DNA of 64,000 bases. Origin: Asterias rubens (lineage: Eukaryota). Position numbers and translations under genes: made by a program. Shown piece by piece: positions 48,860-62,500 of the stretch (positions are counted from its first letter, which is position 1; each line of letters opens with the position of its first letter). The stretch spans positions 14,508,001-14,572,000 of the forward strand of contig NC_047075.1 in assembly GCF_902459465.1 (NCBI RefSeq). Direction: 5' to 3'. The notes beneath the pieces are model-generated. The model saw only the letters and a program-made list of their open reading frames with translations. It was not told where the DNA came from and ran no database searches.

Positions 48860-49723
48860 AGACGATGTGACCTCTGACGTCACTCACAAACCATAACATG
48901 ATGCGCGCGCATACCGCCGGGCCAAAATATCTGTGTGTGTGTACTTTTTTGCCAGTTCACACTACAATGTACAGTGCTAGTTCAGTACATGTGAGTGTCA
49001 TTCCGAATTCCATTTGTGATTTATTCCTGTTTAAGTTTGGCATAATGATACCTAAACCTAACATAGTTCTGTCTATAACTGACGAGAATCGGAAACTGTA
49101 TCTGAACCGTTTGGTTCTAAATTCGGGAGAACAATTACCAGATCCGTACAGCGTTGATCAGCTTGGATGGTGTGACAGCACCGAACAAATGGCCACCGCT
49201 ACAATTTGCAGACATCTACCATTATGTGATTCACACTCCAAGTGAGTTCACATATGAATCTCTGAAAGCATTTCGTTCACGAGAGGCTTACAACTACTTC
49301 GTGTCTGGTCATGTTCAGAAGTGTTTTTATCATAAGGTAGAAGGATCCAAGTACTGTTACATACGAAGTTTAGTCTTGCCAGGTCAACGCCAAAATCCAC
49401 GCACTGACGGAGATCTGTATGATGCCTGGATATGTTTGCATGACTTAGGAACGATTAATAATGGATCGTGTACATGTATGGCAGGGTTAGTACAAATCAA
49501 ATTGTTGTTATAAAAATTTGCAAAGACAAACCCTGTAACCATTGTGAAAAACATATACATCCTTGAAGTACACGCAATTTTAACAGGAGTACGCGTCTTC
49601 TTGCCCTGCGGAAGTTACAGTCACGTGACTTGGACAGTGTTTTATCAACAGAGGGCGCTTTGCATGTAAACACTGTTTTATCAACAGAGGGCGCTTTGCA
49701 TGTAAACAGAGGTCACATCGTCT
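48860..49723. mobile_element. Internally deleted ISL2EU-like (PIF/Harbinger-related) transposon
   Basis: Perfect 17-bp TIR AGACGATGTGACCTCTG / CAGAGGTCACATCGTCT flanked by AT (alternatively TA); contains a SWIM-type exon; 36-bp duplication next to the right TIR. Confidence 0.7.
49045..49485 (+). pseudogene. First exon of an ISL2EU accessory (SWIM/YqaJ-type) gene
   Basis: LPDPY..W.D...KWPPLQFADIYHYVIHTP..FT.ESLKAFRSREAYNYFVSGHV....AWI....G.I....CTCMAG, ending at a GT donor; one frameshift. Confidence 0.65.
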
Positions 49724-49977
49724 ATATATAGAAGAATAACTTCAGAACATACCTCGGAAACAATTTTTGGGTATGTCTGGCCACTGGATTACAAATGTGG
49801 CGATTTCTTGTCAAGGTTGGGGGACGGGGAACTAATAACTGTGAAGCGCTATCACTGGGCTGCTGTGTTAATTTCAGCCGCATATTAGAAACCTAAACCC
49901 GATGACATAAAAGGTTATATACCGGGAGGGGGGGGGGGGGTCAGGCGAGAGATTATTATTATTGTTATAAACTGCGC

Positions 49978-51397
49978 CAATAAAGTATCTAAACACTTAC
50001 AAATGGTCAGATATATCGGAACCTGAAATAGTATGCCAAAAAATAATTATTCATTTCGAGTCACCGTTAATTTCTGCACATTTTGACACATCTTGTGTTG
50101 CGCTACGATGTTGTTTGGTGGATTTACGGGCACTTGAGTGGCTTAGAGTCGAATTTCAAAAGTTGCAAAAGCCCCTATTCGAGCTAAATCGTTGTATTGT
50201 GACGAGTAAGATCAGCGTTTCTTTTGCCCGCCTTTTATAAATGATTTTTTTTGGTCGCGTGTTGGATAAATCGTTTGCGATGAACATCAGCAATAGTTGT
50301 CAGTAAACCAAGAAAAGGGGTCAAAGATGGGAGACATACAACAATGGTAAGCAAGGAAAGGTGTTTCAAGATAAGATGGCTCAAATGACCAAACAGGAAA
50401 GAGGACGGATCGTTGGTTTGATAGAAGCCGGTACGTCGATGCAAGCTGCAGCTCATCAGGTAACAACGTCACCAGAGACGGTCAGTAATAGACCGTGGGA
50501 TGATCATCAAAAAGGGCTCTAGTTTTCGAGTTTTGTGGTCTACCCTCTGCAACTACCTGAATTTTTCCCCAGATGCTCTTATGGTAGTCCTGAATAACAT
50601 GTGAAAGTCGTCAAGGACAAAACTTGCACAGTAATGAGTTATTTTAATTAGAAAATAATTATAGGAAAATAGCGCCCTTATAGGAAAATAGCGATACAAT
50701 AAAGTATCTAAACACTTACAAATGGTCAGATATATCGGAACCTGAAATAGTATGCCAAAAAATAATTATTCATTTCGAGTCACCGTTAATTTCTGCACAT
50801 TTTGACACATCTTGTGTTGCGCTACGATGTTGTTTGGTGGATTTACGGGCACTTGAGTGGCTTAGAGTCGAATTTCAAAAGTTGCAAAAGCCCCTATTCG
50901 AGCTAAATCGTTGTATTGTGACGAGTAAGATCAGCGTTTCTTTTGCCCGCCTTTTATAAATGATTTTTTTTGGTCGCGTGTTGGATAAATCGTTTGCGAT
51001 GAACATCAGCAATAGTTGTCAGTAAACCAAGAAAAGGGGTCAAAGATGGGAGACATACAACAATGGTAAGCAAGGAAAGGTGTTTCAAGATAAGATGGCT
51101 CAAATGACCAAACAGGAAAGAGGACGGATCGTTGGTTTGATAGAAGCCGGTACGTCGATGCAAGCTGCAGCTCATCAGGTAACAACGTCACCAGAGACGG
51201 TCAGTAATAGACCGTGGGATGATCATCAAAAAGGGCTCTAGTTTTCGAGTTTTGTGGTCTACCCTCTGCAACTACCTGAATTTTTCCCCAGATGCTCTTA
51301 TGGTAGTCCTGAATAACATGTGAAAGTCGTCAAGGACAAAACTTGCACAGTAATGAGTTATTTTAATTAGAAAATAATTATAGGAAAATAGCGCCCT
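49978..51397. repeat. 719-bp tandem duplication (49978-50678 and 50697-51397) with an 18-bp filler
   Basis: Identical ORFs at 50235/50954 and 50287/51006; filler TATAGGAAAATAGCGATA at 50679-50696. Confidence 0.95.
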
Positions 51398-54300
51398 CTA
51401 TTGGTCAAAACTGGAGAACTATGCACAAACTCTATGGGCAAATCACCAAGTGCACAAACGAAATTGGAAAATATACTGGCCTATTTATTTTGCTTTCATT
51501 TACAGGTTTCAGCTCTTTTCTCCCAGATCTCAAATAATTAACTATTTAACATCCCTGGACATCAATCATTTCCCCAATTGAGTTGTTTCAATTGTTTCAA
51601 ATTAATGTCACTAACAAACTTTCTGGGCCTCATTTTGGTCATTTACTAAGTCTTCAGAGCTTAGACAGGCCTTAATTAAATTTTAATCGAATGAATGAAT
51701 GAATGAATGAACTTGACAAAAAAAGAATATTGTTGACAAGAGACACACATTTAGATTTTTTTATTTCTTCTCTTCATATCATAATGACACATTTCTGGTA
51801 CAATACTCATTGTTATTATAAACATTGAAAGTTAATATTACCCTCATGATGAATTATGTTACTTTCTTGAAAAGGCCCTTTTTAAATTCCCCCAAACAAT
51901 TCAATTTAAAACAATTCAAATTCAAATTTAACAGCTGAACACTCATCGTTTGTTCTCCCAATTGTGTCCACTAGTCATCATTGGTTTGGAACACAAAAAG
52001 CTAACCAAGAAATTATGCCCATTGGATCTTCTTTGCAATTTACAAATTGATGATCATGTATTTAGTCTCTCAAAACACAGAGAGTTTTTTTTATTTAAGG
52101 GCTTGCCACACCATGGCGTATCACCTGCTTTTATGTTAACGTTTGCGAACGTTTGTGAAATATCAACATTATGTTGGTGTACACTGGTATAGGTTAGGGG
52201 TAATATGTCGCTAATGTTATTAGAGCACGCTGTGATACGCTATTAAAATTTGGAGCATGTAGAGCCCGTAACAAAATATTGAGCATGTTCAAAATTTCTC
52301 GTTGCCCGTGGTACGTTAGACATACGTCAGCGGTACGTTACTTGTTGGCTGGTATAGGGCTCTGTGATGTACTTTGGCTGACGAAATAAATACGTTTATG
52401 TGCCGTATAACCTATGCCTGGCGTATCCCCAAAAAGTCTTGACGTATTCTGACGTATCCACCTGTAACATACATAACTTCATTTTAAGTTACTGATACGC
52501 TATCAATTCATTAGTCATACGCTTTGTATTTGTTCAGTACGCTATGGATGCGATTCTGGGAAGTTGGGCACTCTTGGACTTTTAAAATGCTCGAACTAGT
52601 TTCTGTAGGCCTATAGGCCGGCATACGTTAAGGCGATACGCCATGGTGTGACAGGGCCTTTAACAATTTCAAAGATATAAAGATTTTACAAAATTGAATG
52701 AAAATAATATAAATCTAGTTCCCAAACTGTCTTGCTGGTACCACAGTAACTGATGGGTTAATTCAATTCTCAAATAAATTGTTGCACATTTATTTTAAGG
52801 TTTATGTTTTGGTAAGCCAAAAGCTTACTTTTTACACATTGTACTTGTGCAGAATTCTCTTCTTGTTTTTCTACTTTTCTATTGAAAATGATAATTCAGA
52901 CAACATTTTGTTTAAATATCATCAGAATAAACATCCCCGTCCGAGTCCTTTGAAGCCACTCCACAACTGGCACAAAAGCATAAGTCTGTGCAGGGGAAAT
53001 TGATTTGTTGACAGGAACATCTTCTGTGTGATATTTTCCTTTACATACTTTCTTCTTCAATCTGCAAGATACACTATACGGGGAGCACGTTCAGCTGAGG
53101 CGTTTCAGAATCACCAGTGTCAGAGCGTAGCAACTTTTTGATCGTGGTTCACCTTCAGTTGTCTCGTTGCTAATGGCATCACTATTCTCGCGTTCTGCAA
53201 GCGAATTAGAAAAGCATACTCGATGACTGAACAGACAGTACACAAAATAAAAACAATTTGTAGGAAAAGCAAACATGTACAGTTTTGGTGAAGGTACAAT
53301 ATTACAATAACAACATAGAAAAGCAATCAGAACAACTCATTGTTCCTTAACTGCAGTACACATCCAATCCAAAATGTATTTAGGCAGTATGAACTTCTCA
53401 TATCCAAGTGGCATGACCTCATACCCTAGTCAACTTGTGCCCAATTATTAAAGGTCAATCTATACAAAACGTATGATAAAGAGCACTGGAAAGCTTTTGA
53501 TAAAAAGAGGACATTTTTTACCCAATACTTTGAACTTTTCATTATCTTGTAGCAAATTCTTGCAAAAATTTGCACAGATTTTTTATTTAATGGAAATACT
53601 GGTCCTGTTCACAAATACAAACTGAATCAGCCAAAGACGAAAATGCTGTGCTTCTGTGATTGGTTTCTTTAATATCTCTTCTTCTTCTCATTAGGCATTG
53701 TGATTAGCACAGATTAACTACAATGAAAATAGAAACGAAAATATATATCACAAGAAATACTCAGTGATTGTACCAATTAATTGGACCTAACCAGAATTAC
53801 CCCAATAATTATGTAAATAAAGGACTGAATAAAGCAATGTTTACATTGACCCATGTGCCTGAAGTGAATCTATTATACAAACTTTGACCTATAAACCCTG
53901 GGCTATAATTACCACTTAACCACAATTAGCAACTGACTGAATCATAGAATATTATGCGTTAACCTGTGTTAAATCAACCAACGACAATATGCGTGTATGA
54001 ATAACAATCCCCAATTACATGTGCGACCAAATTAAACGCAATTAAACATTTTAGGCTTAAAATCAGTACATTAATATAACACAATCAATCAATCAGCTTT
54101 ATAATTTTAGTGGCAAGAAAAACAATGCACAAACCGTTTAATAAACCTCGGCGGAATTCCAAAAAACTTTGGGCGAAGAACAATGGGCTGTTTTCGTTGG
54201 GAAAATCGTGAAACTAAGACTCTGACTTTCAGCCCTCGTAGCAACTGCTCGATGTGAACAGCGCCCTCAATCGATAGAAAACAAGTACCCTGAGTTTGGG

Positions 54301-56029
54301 TGTTACACCAACAGTTTACCATATATTCATTTGATTTTTTTTTCTCTCGTTTTCCTTAAAACAAAAGAAAAGAAGGTTAGAAGGTTACGCACAGCATTTC
54401 TTCTGGTGGACGAGAGTAATGAACAAGTTATTTTTTTTTACTTTCAATTTTTGTTCTTCTCTAGCTTTCTCAGATTAGTTTCTGCCTTTCTTTGTTTCTC
54501 CTACTACCTGCACGCTTCATTGTCAGCGAAAAGTGTTGAAAGCACTAACCCAGAGCGGACATGTCTTATTGAAAAGAAAAGAAATACAAATAAATGAGGC
54601 CCTAGTTTACTCATCTTATTTGAAAACAAAGTTAGGCTTGTTCCCCTTAGTTTAAATACAAAATTTTAATTTTAATACCACATCTCAAAGAAAGCTGGTT
54701 GTTTGCCTCTAGAATTTTAAGAATAAAGATGGGGATGTTATTTATTATTATTCAAGCATACTTCATCACGTGATTAGTATGGGGGTCTTCGGGTATGTAC
54801 CCTTGCCCTTCCTCCACTTCAGTGTTTTAGTTTAGTAAGTAAGGGACAATTTAATTTTTCCTGAATCGTGTAAAATTTTAAATAGTGCATTAAATTTTTA
54901 ATGCTTATTGATTTTTCATACTGTAGTCTGTAAATGTATTACTAATTGTAACAGTGCATGTATGTTTTTTGTTTTTAAGTATTAAGTAAATAACTAAAAC
55001 CGATGTGTGTCATCATCATGATTCATCAACAAAATGTGTATCCTCATCATGTGATCATGACTCTGATTTCGTTTCATTTAATTGAGAGACCGGAGCATTT
55101 CATTTTGTTTAACTTGACAAAATAAAAATAAAATAATGATTAACTGCTTTACTTCGAATTGAAGCACAACTTATTCTGGAAAGAAATGTTGCCTAAATCA
55201 TACCTTCAACTTCCACTAGTACATCCACGATACTCCAACCAGCAGCTGCCGCTGTGCTTTCTGGTGAAATTGGATCGGAAGGTCTTGTCTTTTGTAGGTA
55301 GCTGTCATGTCATCATCCATGGCGTCCAAGCATGATTGATATTGATAGTAATGATACACATTTCACAATCACATGTCATGATGATGTCGTCCGTCAGTGT
55401 CCGTCAGCACATCACCGATGATGATAGTTTTTCCTAACCAGTGCTGGGCCAACGAACTCCTGCCAGCGATAACTATTTTCCCTAACTAGCTTGGATTTAA
55501 TTTATGTTGTGTTCATGTAACATAAAACGAGCCGATCTTCGCAACTTTCTTCCCTTCACACAGGATGAAGTTTCCTGAGAAGCGTAGACGACATCTTTCT
55601 GAAACCCTTTTCGAAACCACGGCTTCAGCTCCGGATGCTAGCTTGGCCCCCCGGTTGTTTTGGCAATTGTGCGTGTTTTGCGTACGCGCTCAGTCAGGGC
55701 TTCAGACGAGATAAGGGAGCCTGAAGCTGAATGCAACGCAGTCGCCGTCGTTTCGAAAAGGGCCACAAAACCACAGGACTTCGAAACAAGTTCTTTCATT
55801 GGTCCACACATCCACATGCATGTCATATGCGCTATGATTGGTCGAGCCTATAAGTTATCTATTTTTTTCTTGCACGTTCAGCCATTTATTCTCGCTGTAT
55901 TATTGTGCTTCATTTCGCGAATAAATCCATACTGCGTAAGTTTTGTGCTTGACGACTTTTTTGGGGTGGTAAGTTGAATTTTCTTTAAATTTTGAGACCA
56001 AATGTAAGTAGTTGCGTAGGGTAGACCAC
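51254..56029. mobile_element. Candidate inner TIR element splitting the Tc1 transposase
   Basis: GTGGTCTACCCTCTGCAACTAC (51254-51275; duplicated at 50535-50556) matches the reverse complement of 56008-56029 at 20 of 22 positions. Confidence 0.55.
52099..52659. mobile_element. Harbinger-like MITE (about 560 bp)
   Basis: GGGCTTGCCACACCATGGCGTATC / GATACGCCATGGTGTGACAGGGCCT inverted termini, flanked by TTAA/TAA. Confidence 0.75.
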
Positions 56030-56865
56030 TGAAAAGCAGAATTTGGAGCATCATCCCACGGTCTATAAATGGTGTAGTCGCTACCAAGCTCAGGGAAATG
56101 TGGACGACCTGCCAGGGAGTGGCCGTCCGAGGATGACTTCTGCAGCAGAAGAAAGTGAACAAGTCCATCAAGCCTGACACCACTCTTGAGGGATTGCGAC
56201 GCATCCTGATCGGTAAATGGCAGGGGATTGACCAGGGACAGATCAGAGGTCTCATTGAGAGTATGAGAAGACGACTCCTTGGCGTTCAGGACAGTGTGAT
56301 GGAGGACACACCAAGAATGGGGGACAGAATATCAGCAGTTTTAAAGTTAAATATACGGCAATTAATTTCATGGTCATATAAACAAAACGAGTTTAAGTCT
56401 TTTGTCTTGATTTTGTCCGAGTGTGATGCTTATGTGAGTTCCCTTCTGGAATTGGGGTGAATAGGGGCTTTTGCAACTTTTGAAATTCGACCTTAAGCCA
56501 CTCAAGTGTCCATAAATCCACCAAACAACATCGTAGCGCAATACAAGATGTGTCAAAATGTGCAGAAATTAACGGTGAATAGAAACGAACAATTAATTTT
56601 TTGTATACTATTTCAGGTTCCGATAAATCTGACCATTTGTAAGTGTTTAGATACTTTATTGGCGCAGTTTATTATAATCCCTAACTACCTATGGCCGGTT
56701 ATCTCCCTAATAACCCATTGCCGGTTATAATAATAACAATAATTATTATTCGTTTTATTTGAGTGGGGGGGGGGGACACACTCCCATTGCCGTCCCATCA
56801 CGCGATATGAGGGGGGCGTCAAGTGTCATTATGTCATTCTGCTCCACCTTCCAATACGCTGGAGT

Positions 56866-57215
56866 CAGACTATTCAATTCGGACTATCAAACCTTATTAT
56901 CGATTCAGACTATCGAACCTTATTGTAAATTCGGACTATCGAACCTTATCGTCGATTCGGAATAATGAACCTCGGACTGTTGAACCTCGTTATTGTTTTG
57001 AACTATCGAACTTTCGGACCAACTAACCTCATTCTAAATTCGGACTACCGAACCTTCGGACCAGTAAACCTTCGGATCGATGAACCTTCTGACTATCGCA
57101 TCAAATGTTCGGATTAACGAACCCTATTACATTTTCGGACTAATAAAATTTGCCCGTTCAGACTATCGAACCGGACTATTGAACCTTCGGACTAACGGAC
57201 CTTCGGACTATCGGG
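56866..57215 (+). repeat. Right subterminal array of TTCGGACTATCGAACC units
   Basis: Degenerate repeats, reverse complement of 48198-48460. Confidence 0.9.
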
Positions 57216-58479
57216 CGGACCCCCAATGAAGTACCCTTATTTGGCAGAGGTTCATGAGCTCATCTTTTTAATTAACATGGCAGAAAGTATAGAGGAAAGC
57301 TCATCTGTCAAATCAAAATTAAAATGTAGACTTTTTCTGTCATTCTGAAATGTCAAACCAAAATTTTGATCATATGTTACTTTTAACATGATGTTATTGG
57401 GCATATCCTATACCCTGCAGTTAAAAAAACAAAATAAATTATTTATTTTACTTTAGGGGCTTCCAAGTATTTTATCTCATGTATTTAAACCTTTTTTCAT
57501 CTGAAAAGAAAAAGACAGAAAGATGACAAATGAAACCTTTTGCTGTCATACTGAAGAGCAATTAGCATAAGAGCATATTTGTCGGTAAATCTATGGTTTT
57601 GGTTTGGTTGGAATAAAGTACATTCCATGATTTGATGAGCAGATTGGTGTATGTACATTGTTCCTGTTATGATTTGATGTTAATTCGTGTTTTTCTCATA
57701 ATGTAATCAGTTAGGGGAAATCAGTTGTGCTATTGTTGTGATCCTTGAAATCAAAGTGCAGTTTTATGAAATTTATTGTATGTAGCTTCTTGCCAATTTA
57801 TAAAATGTTTGGGGTTGATGTTTGAGATTGTCAAGACAATTTGCAATGATTTTTGTATGTAATTGTGTGTGACTCATTTGCACTCAAACGACAATAAGAT
57901 GTTAGCTATAGATAAACACAATCAAGTTTTCATTATTGGGCATATCCTGCAGCTAAAAGACAATGTTTTGTTATTTTATGAAACCTTTTTTGAATAGAAA
58001 CAAGACAGAGAAAGGAAGAAACAGTAATATTTTGCTGGTTGTTTATGATTATTCAGTATTGTCGTGATTATTCATGAGGCTAAAGTAATGTCAATGATTA
58101 TTCATTAAATATAAAACTACTTAACAGCTTGGTAATCTCATGTTGTGTGACTACTAAAGATTGTTTTCATACTGTATAGCTTTCAGAAGTACATTATAGC
58201 TTTCACAGCTGTTTTATACAATTTGTTCTTGTTATGGTGTTTTAGGGTGTTATGCTAGTTTGTGTTTTTCATACTATAATCAGTATTGCTAATTTTCTTG
58301 ATCCCTGAAATCAAGGGCAATTTTATTCTTGCCTTGTATTGATGGTTTAGACAATTTCTCAAACTTTCCGAGTATTACTTTTTGATTGATTAGTATCATT
58401 TGTATGATTATAGTTTAAAAAAAGAATGATTTATTCCAGATTCATTTTTTTGAAGCAATAATATCAAAAGTTCATGAAC

Positions 58480-58902
58480 AAATTCTTGTCATTACTTGTG
58501 TTGTTTTTATTTACACCACTTTGAAATAAATTGACACCATATTTTTGTTTTTTACAGTTAAAACCAGTTTTATTATTGAATGTGTTTAATTCCATGAACT
58601 GGTGTTGAGTAACACCAAGCGTCTTATTTACTCCCTGTCTTGGTGTGGATTTATACACCCTAATTAGTGTTAAAAAATTTAAGTCCAGAATTGATGTTGT
58701 TTAACACCAGCATTCTTGCCCAATATAAACACCACTTTGGAATTAACTTAACCCCCCTTCGGTGTTACATTTTCACACCGACATTAATCTAATTCCAAAA
58801 TGGGAGTTGTTTAACACCGAAATTCTTGCCCAATATGAATGACAGAAAAGGAATAAATTTAACACCGATGGTGTACACTTTAACACCACAGTTTTTGCAG
58901 TG
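58480..58902. mobile_element. EnSpm-type non-autonomous element, right end only
   Basis: Repeated TTAACACC motifs ending TTTTTGCAGTG (reverse complement CACTGCAAAAA) followed by TA. Confidence 0.5.
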
Positions 58903-59562
58903 TACATCTATTGTATAATCAAGATCCATGCACCAGCCGTCATCTTCTAGTCGGCCTCCAAGAACCCAAGCTAGTACGAGTACTACGTGTAGTACATCTT
59001 CGCTGACAAGTCGGCCTCCAACCCAACCTAGTACGAGTACTAGTAGCACCGAAAAGTTTATAATGGTACATTTATAACTTGCATGATTCGCACGTAGAAA
59101 CGTTTTGCTTTGTTTGTCCATTTGTTTGGGTTTTGTTTCTCCATCTTTTCTTTTCCTTTTAGTTTAAGGGGGGGCGGGTCGGGTCTGAATGCTGCCTTTC
59201 AAAGTTTAACTGTTTCAAAGTTTAACTGTTTATTTGTTTATAGGTAATTGTTGTATGTAGGATTGATAAAGCTGATTGTGGTTGTCTTTCTTTGTGTGAT
59301 TCAACATATTTCATGAATACAGGAAAGGAAAAAACCCTGAAAATTTGGAATATTATATGAAACGGGAGAAAACAAGTTTAAAAGTCTATGCTCATTTTTT
59401 ACTGAGCATGTAGACAAATTTTCTTATTTTGACTGGCCCAATCGAAAGTAGGGGTTTTCAAATGCAATTTCCTTGACGTTGTGATAGTATATCTCAAAAA
59501 GTCATTTCTGCAGAGGATTCAAAATGCCATGAATTTCATCATCAGGGAGTTTTGATTTCCAT

Positions 59563-62500
59563 TTTCATTCATTCATATTCATTCATTCATTTTTATTAAA
59601 AAACCAACTGGCAACACGAAGCTGAATAATGTGGCATTACAAGATAACAATATTGATAAAAAGAGCATAGATAAAAAAACAAAAATTGCACCACCGCAGG
59701 GTACAAAGGAACATTATATAAGAAGACGACAATAAGTAAACACAAATATTATATAAACCACAAAAAGATACTTTAAAAAAAGCACAGGGTGTTGGGGGAA
59801 CCCTCTTATACATAAAAACCCCACTATGGAATAAACCAGCTAAAAAAGAGAAACCCTAGCAGTTAAAAACTGAACATATGACAAAAAAAATGATAGCAAC
59901 AAAGGGAAAACAAATTAGATAAAACAGAAAAGATTAACAAACAGTTACAGGATGTGGGAGACCCTCATTTATGAGGGCATACTAAAGCATTGAAAATAAA
60001 ATTTACAGCCCACACGCACACCAATAAAACAAAAGCAAATATGGAAGCTCCAGTCTAAGAGGATTGGTTTAAAAGTTTAGTGAGGAATGGAATTGCACTG
60101 TTGCCATAACGCTTAGTCCTATGTTTAGGCACCATATATTTAGTAGCATTGCGAAGACCCATACTGTGAGTGTTGTTGTTATGAGGGAACCAACCGTCAT
60201 ATCTATCAGAGGTACTACATTTAACAGCAAAGTTAGTACATAATTGATCACGTCTATCTTCAAGCGTCTGGAGACCCATGAGGTCAAGAGCATCTGTGTA
60301 TGTAGTATAGTTGTTCCCAAGGATCACGTGACACGCTCTTTTTTTAATTCTTTCAATTTGATGAGTTTGCTGTTTACTGATGCAACCATGCCACACAGGA
60401 GACGCATACTCAACTGAAGGACGCACATAGCCAACATACACAGATACCAAGTCCTCAACGGGTACACCAAAACGCTTGAGACGACCAAGCATGTAAAGTC
60501 TGCGACTGCTCTTACACACCATATCATTGACCTGAGAGTCCCATCTAAGATCTGATTGAACAGTGAGACCGAGAAGCTTGGTCTCAGTAACCAGCTCAAG
60601 CCCCTTGTCAGCAATCTTCATATCAGGAGGACATGGAGGGTTTCTTTTGAAGCACACTTGCATAACCTTGCATTTAGAGGGATTGAGCTTGAGGTGGTTA
60701 CTGTCAGCCCAATCTTCAAGGTCTTGAAGGTCCAAGTCAATCTGAGTAGGCACATTGGCAGGACGGACCTCAGCAAGGCTTAGATCATCAACATACTTAA
60801 AACTAGAAGAATTGGTACTTTCAGTAGCATCATTTTATAACGCCAATGAATGCAATGGGTCCCAATTTCGTACCCTGTGGAACTCCACAAGAGATGGTTT
60901 CCCATTCTGATAGGGCAGAGTGGTATCGAACTCTCTGGCGGCGTGCCTTCAGGAAGTTTACGATCCATGGCATTATTTCGCTACGGACACCTAGGTCATG
61001 TAATCTCTGAATTGCCAAAGTATGATCTACGCAGTCAAAAGCCTTGGAAAAGTCCGTCACTACCAGCATGCCAACTGTATCGGCTTTGTCAGTTCCCTTG
61101 TAGAGCACATCACGGAGTTCGATTAAGCAGTGAGTGGTTGATGACCCCTGTATACTACCATACTGGTTACGGCCAATAGATGTTCGGATATCTTCAAGCA
61201 CCCATTTTGAGACAAACCCTTCGCATACTTATGCTAGGAGAGCAGTTAGTGAAATAGGTCTCAGCTTTGTGATGGTGGCTGGTGTTTCTTTAGGAATTGG
61301 CACGACAATTGCATCCTTCCAAATCTGTGGTACGCAACCCTCAACAAGAGACGAATTGAATATATCAGAAACAGGTATGCTGAGCTCACATGCGAATTCT
61401 TTGATTAGTTTTCCTGGGAGCCCATCAGGGCCTGCTGATTTCTTGGCACACATTTTTTTGAGAGCATTGTACATATCCCATACTTTGATTTGAGGCGTAG
61501 GTTCTGCAGGTAGGTAAGCAGGCAGTTCCTTCAGATTGATAGGGGGCCTGCTTTGACAGACAGAAGCAAAGTCCAGGTTAATTCCCTCGGCGATAGCTTT
61601 GTCATCATTCTGGGGTATGCCTGTGACGGAAATCACAGTGGGCTTCTGAGTCTGATTGGTGATCATTTGGATTCCTTTATGCCAGCCTGATGGATCACTG
61701 GATTTTAGGCCTTGGAGACGAATTTGGTAGAACGACTTTTTGGCTCGACTGATGGCGTGGCTAACTTTGTTATGAAGAAGACGCCAAAGGAATGTTTTCT
61801 TCTCTGCAAATGCAACCTGGCGTTTTTTGATGAGGACCTTGATTTCAGCAGTGATCCATGGTTTGTCATTAGTGTGAAGTTTGACTAATTTGGTAGGAAA
61901 GTGAAGATCCAGTGCAGCATTGATCGTGGAATAAAAAGCATCAGATTTTTCACCAGTGCTAGTAGCATTCAAAACCTCTTCCCATTGATGAGCTGTTATC
62001 CATCTGCCAAATTCATGCATGCTCGGTTTTGGGAGTGGTCTGACAGATCTTACATGGACACCATTCACAATCTTGTTTCCACTGGGAGACCAATATATAG
62101 TGTTATGATCACTCCGGCCAACCAGGGTACTTACAACTGGACTGCTGTACAGGTTCTTAATGTTAGTGATGATAACGTCCAAGATCGCATCGTTTCTTGT
62201 AGGTTTGTCAACTACCTGCTTCAGGGCATGAGCTCTGCATATAGGATTGGTGTCAGTTCTGTTGAGATCCCCTAAAATCACTAGGCCCACGTCTGGATGT
62301 TTTGATTTCAGTAGATCGAGGGTTCTTACAATGTGATTAACCAGAGTTTGCTGATGTTCCGATTTAGGTGGAATGTAGACTGCACATACAACCACACTCG
62401 ATACTTGACGTGGGAGCCTATAGGGTCGGACCTGTAGCCACAGGCATTCAAGCTCTTCGGGCACTGTAATGTTGGTTAGAACCATAGCAGGGATGTTGTC

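Larger units (their letters stand above)
49970..56669 (+). mobile_element. Tc1/mariner element with about 220-bp TIRs, interrupted by insertions
   Basis: TA-AACTGCGCCAATAAAGTATCTAAACAC... at 49968 is the reverse complement of ...GATACTTTATTGGCGCAGTT-TA at 56671; transposase pieces MAQMTKQERGRIVGLIEAG (50376), TVYKW..GNVDDLPGSGRPRMTS (56058) and GLRRILIGKW..I..LIESMRRR (56180-56280). Confidence 0.85.
48189..57224. mobile_element. TIR DNA transposon with 8-bp TSD (Merlin-like), expanded to 9 kb by nested insertions
   Basis: TSD AATGAAGT at 48181-48188 and 57225-57232; termini GGTTACCCGCTCGATAGTCCGAAGG versus reverse complement GGGGTCCGCCCGATAGTCCGAAGG; inverted subterminal repeat arrays. Confidence 0.8.

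Noticed and set aside
53120-53326. Captured Cys-loop receptor M3-like fragment (IVFILCTVCSVIEYAFL) on the minus strand
   Set aside because: Only a short hydrophobic resemblance, with no proper splice acceptor and no neighbouring exons.
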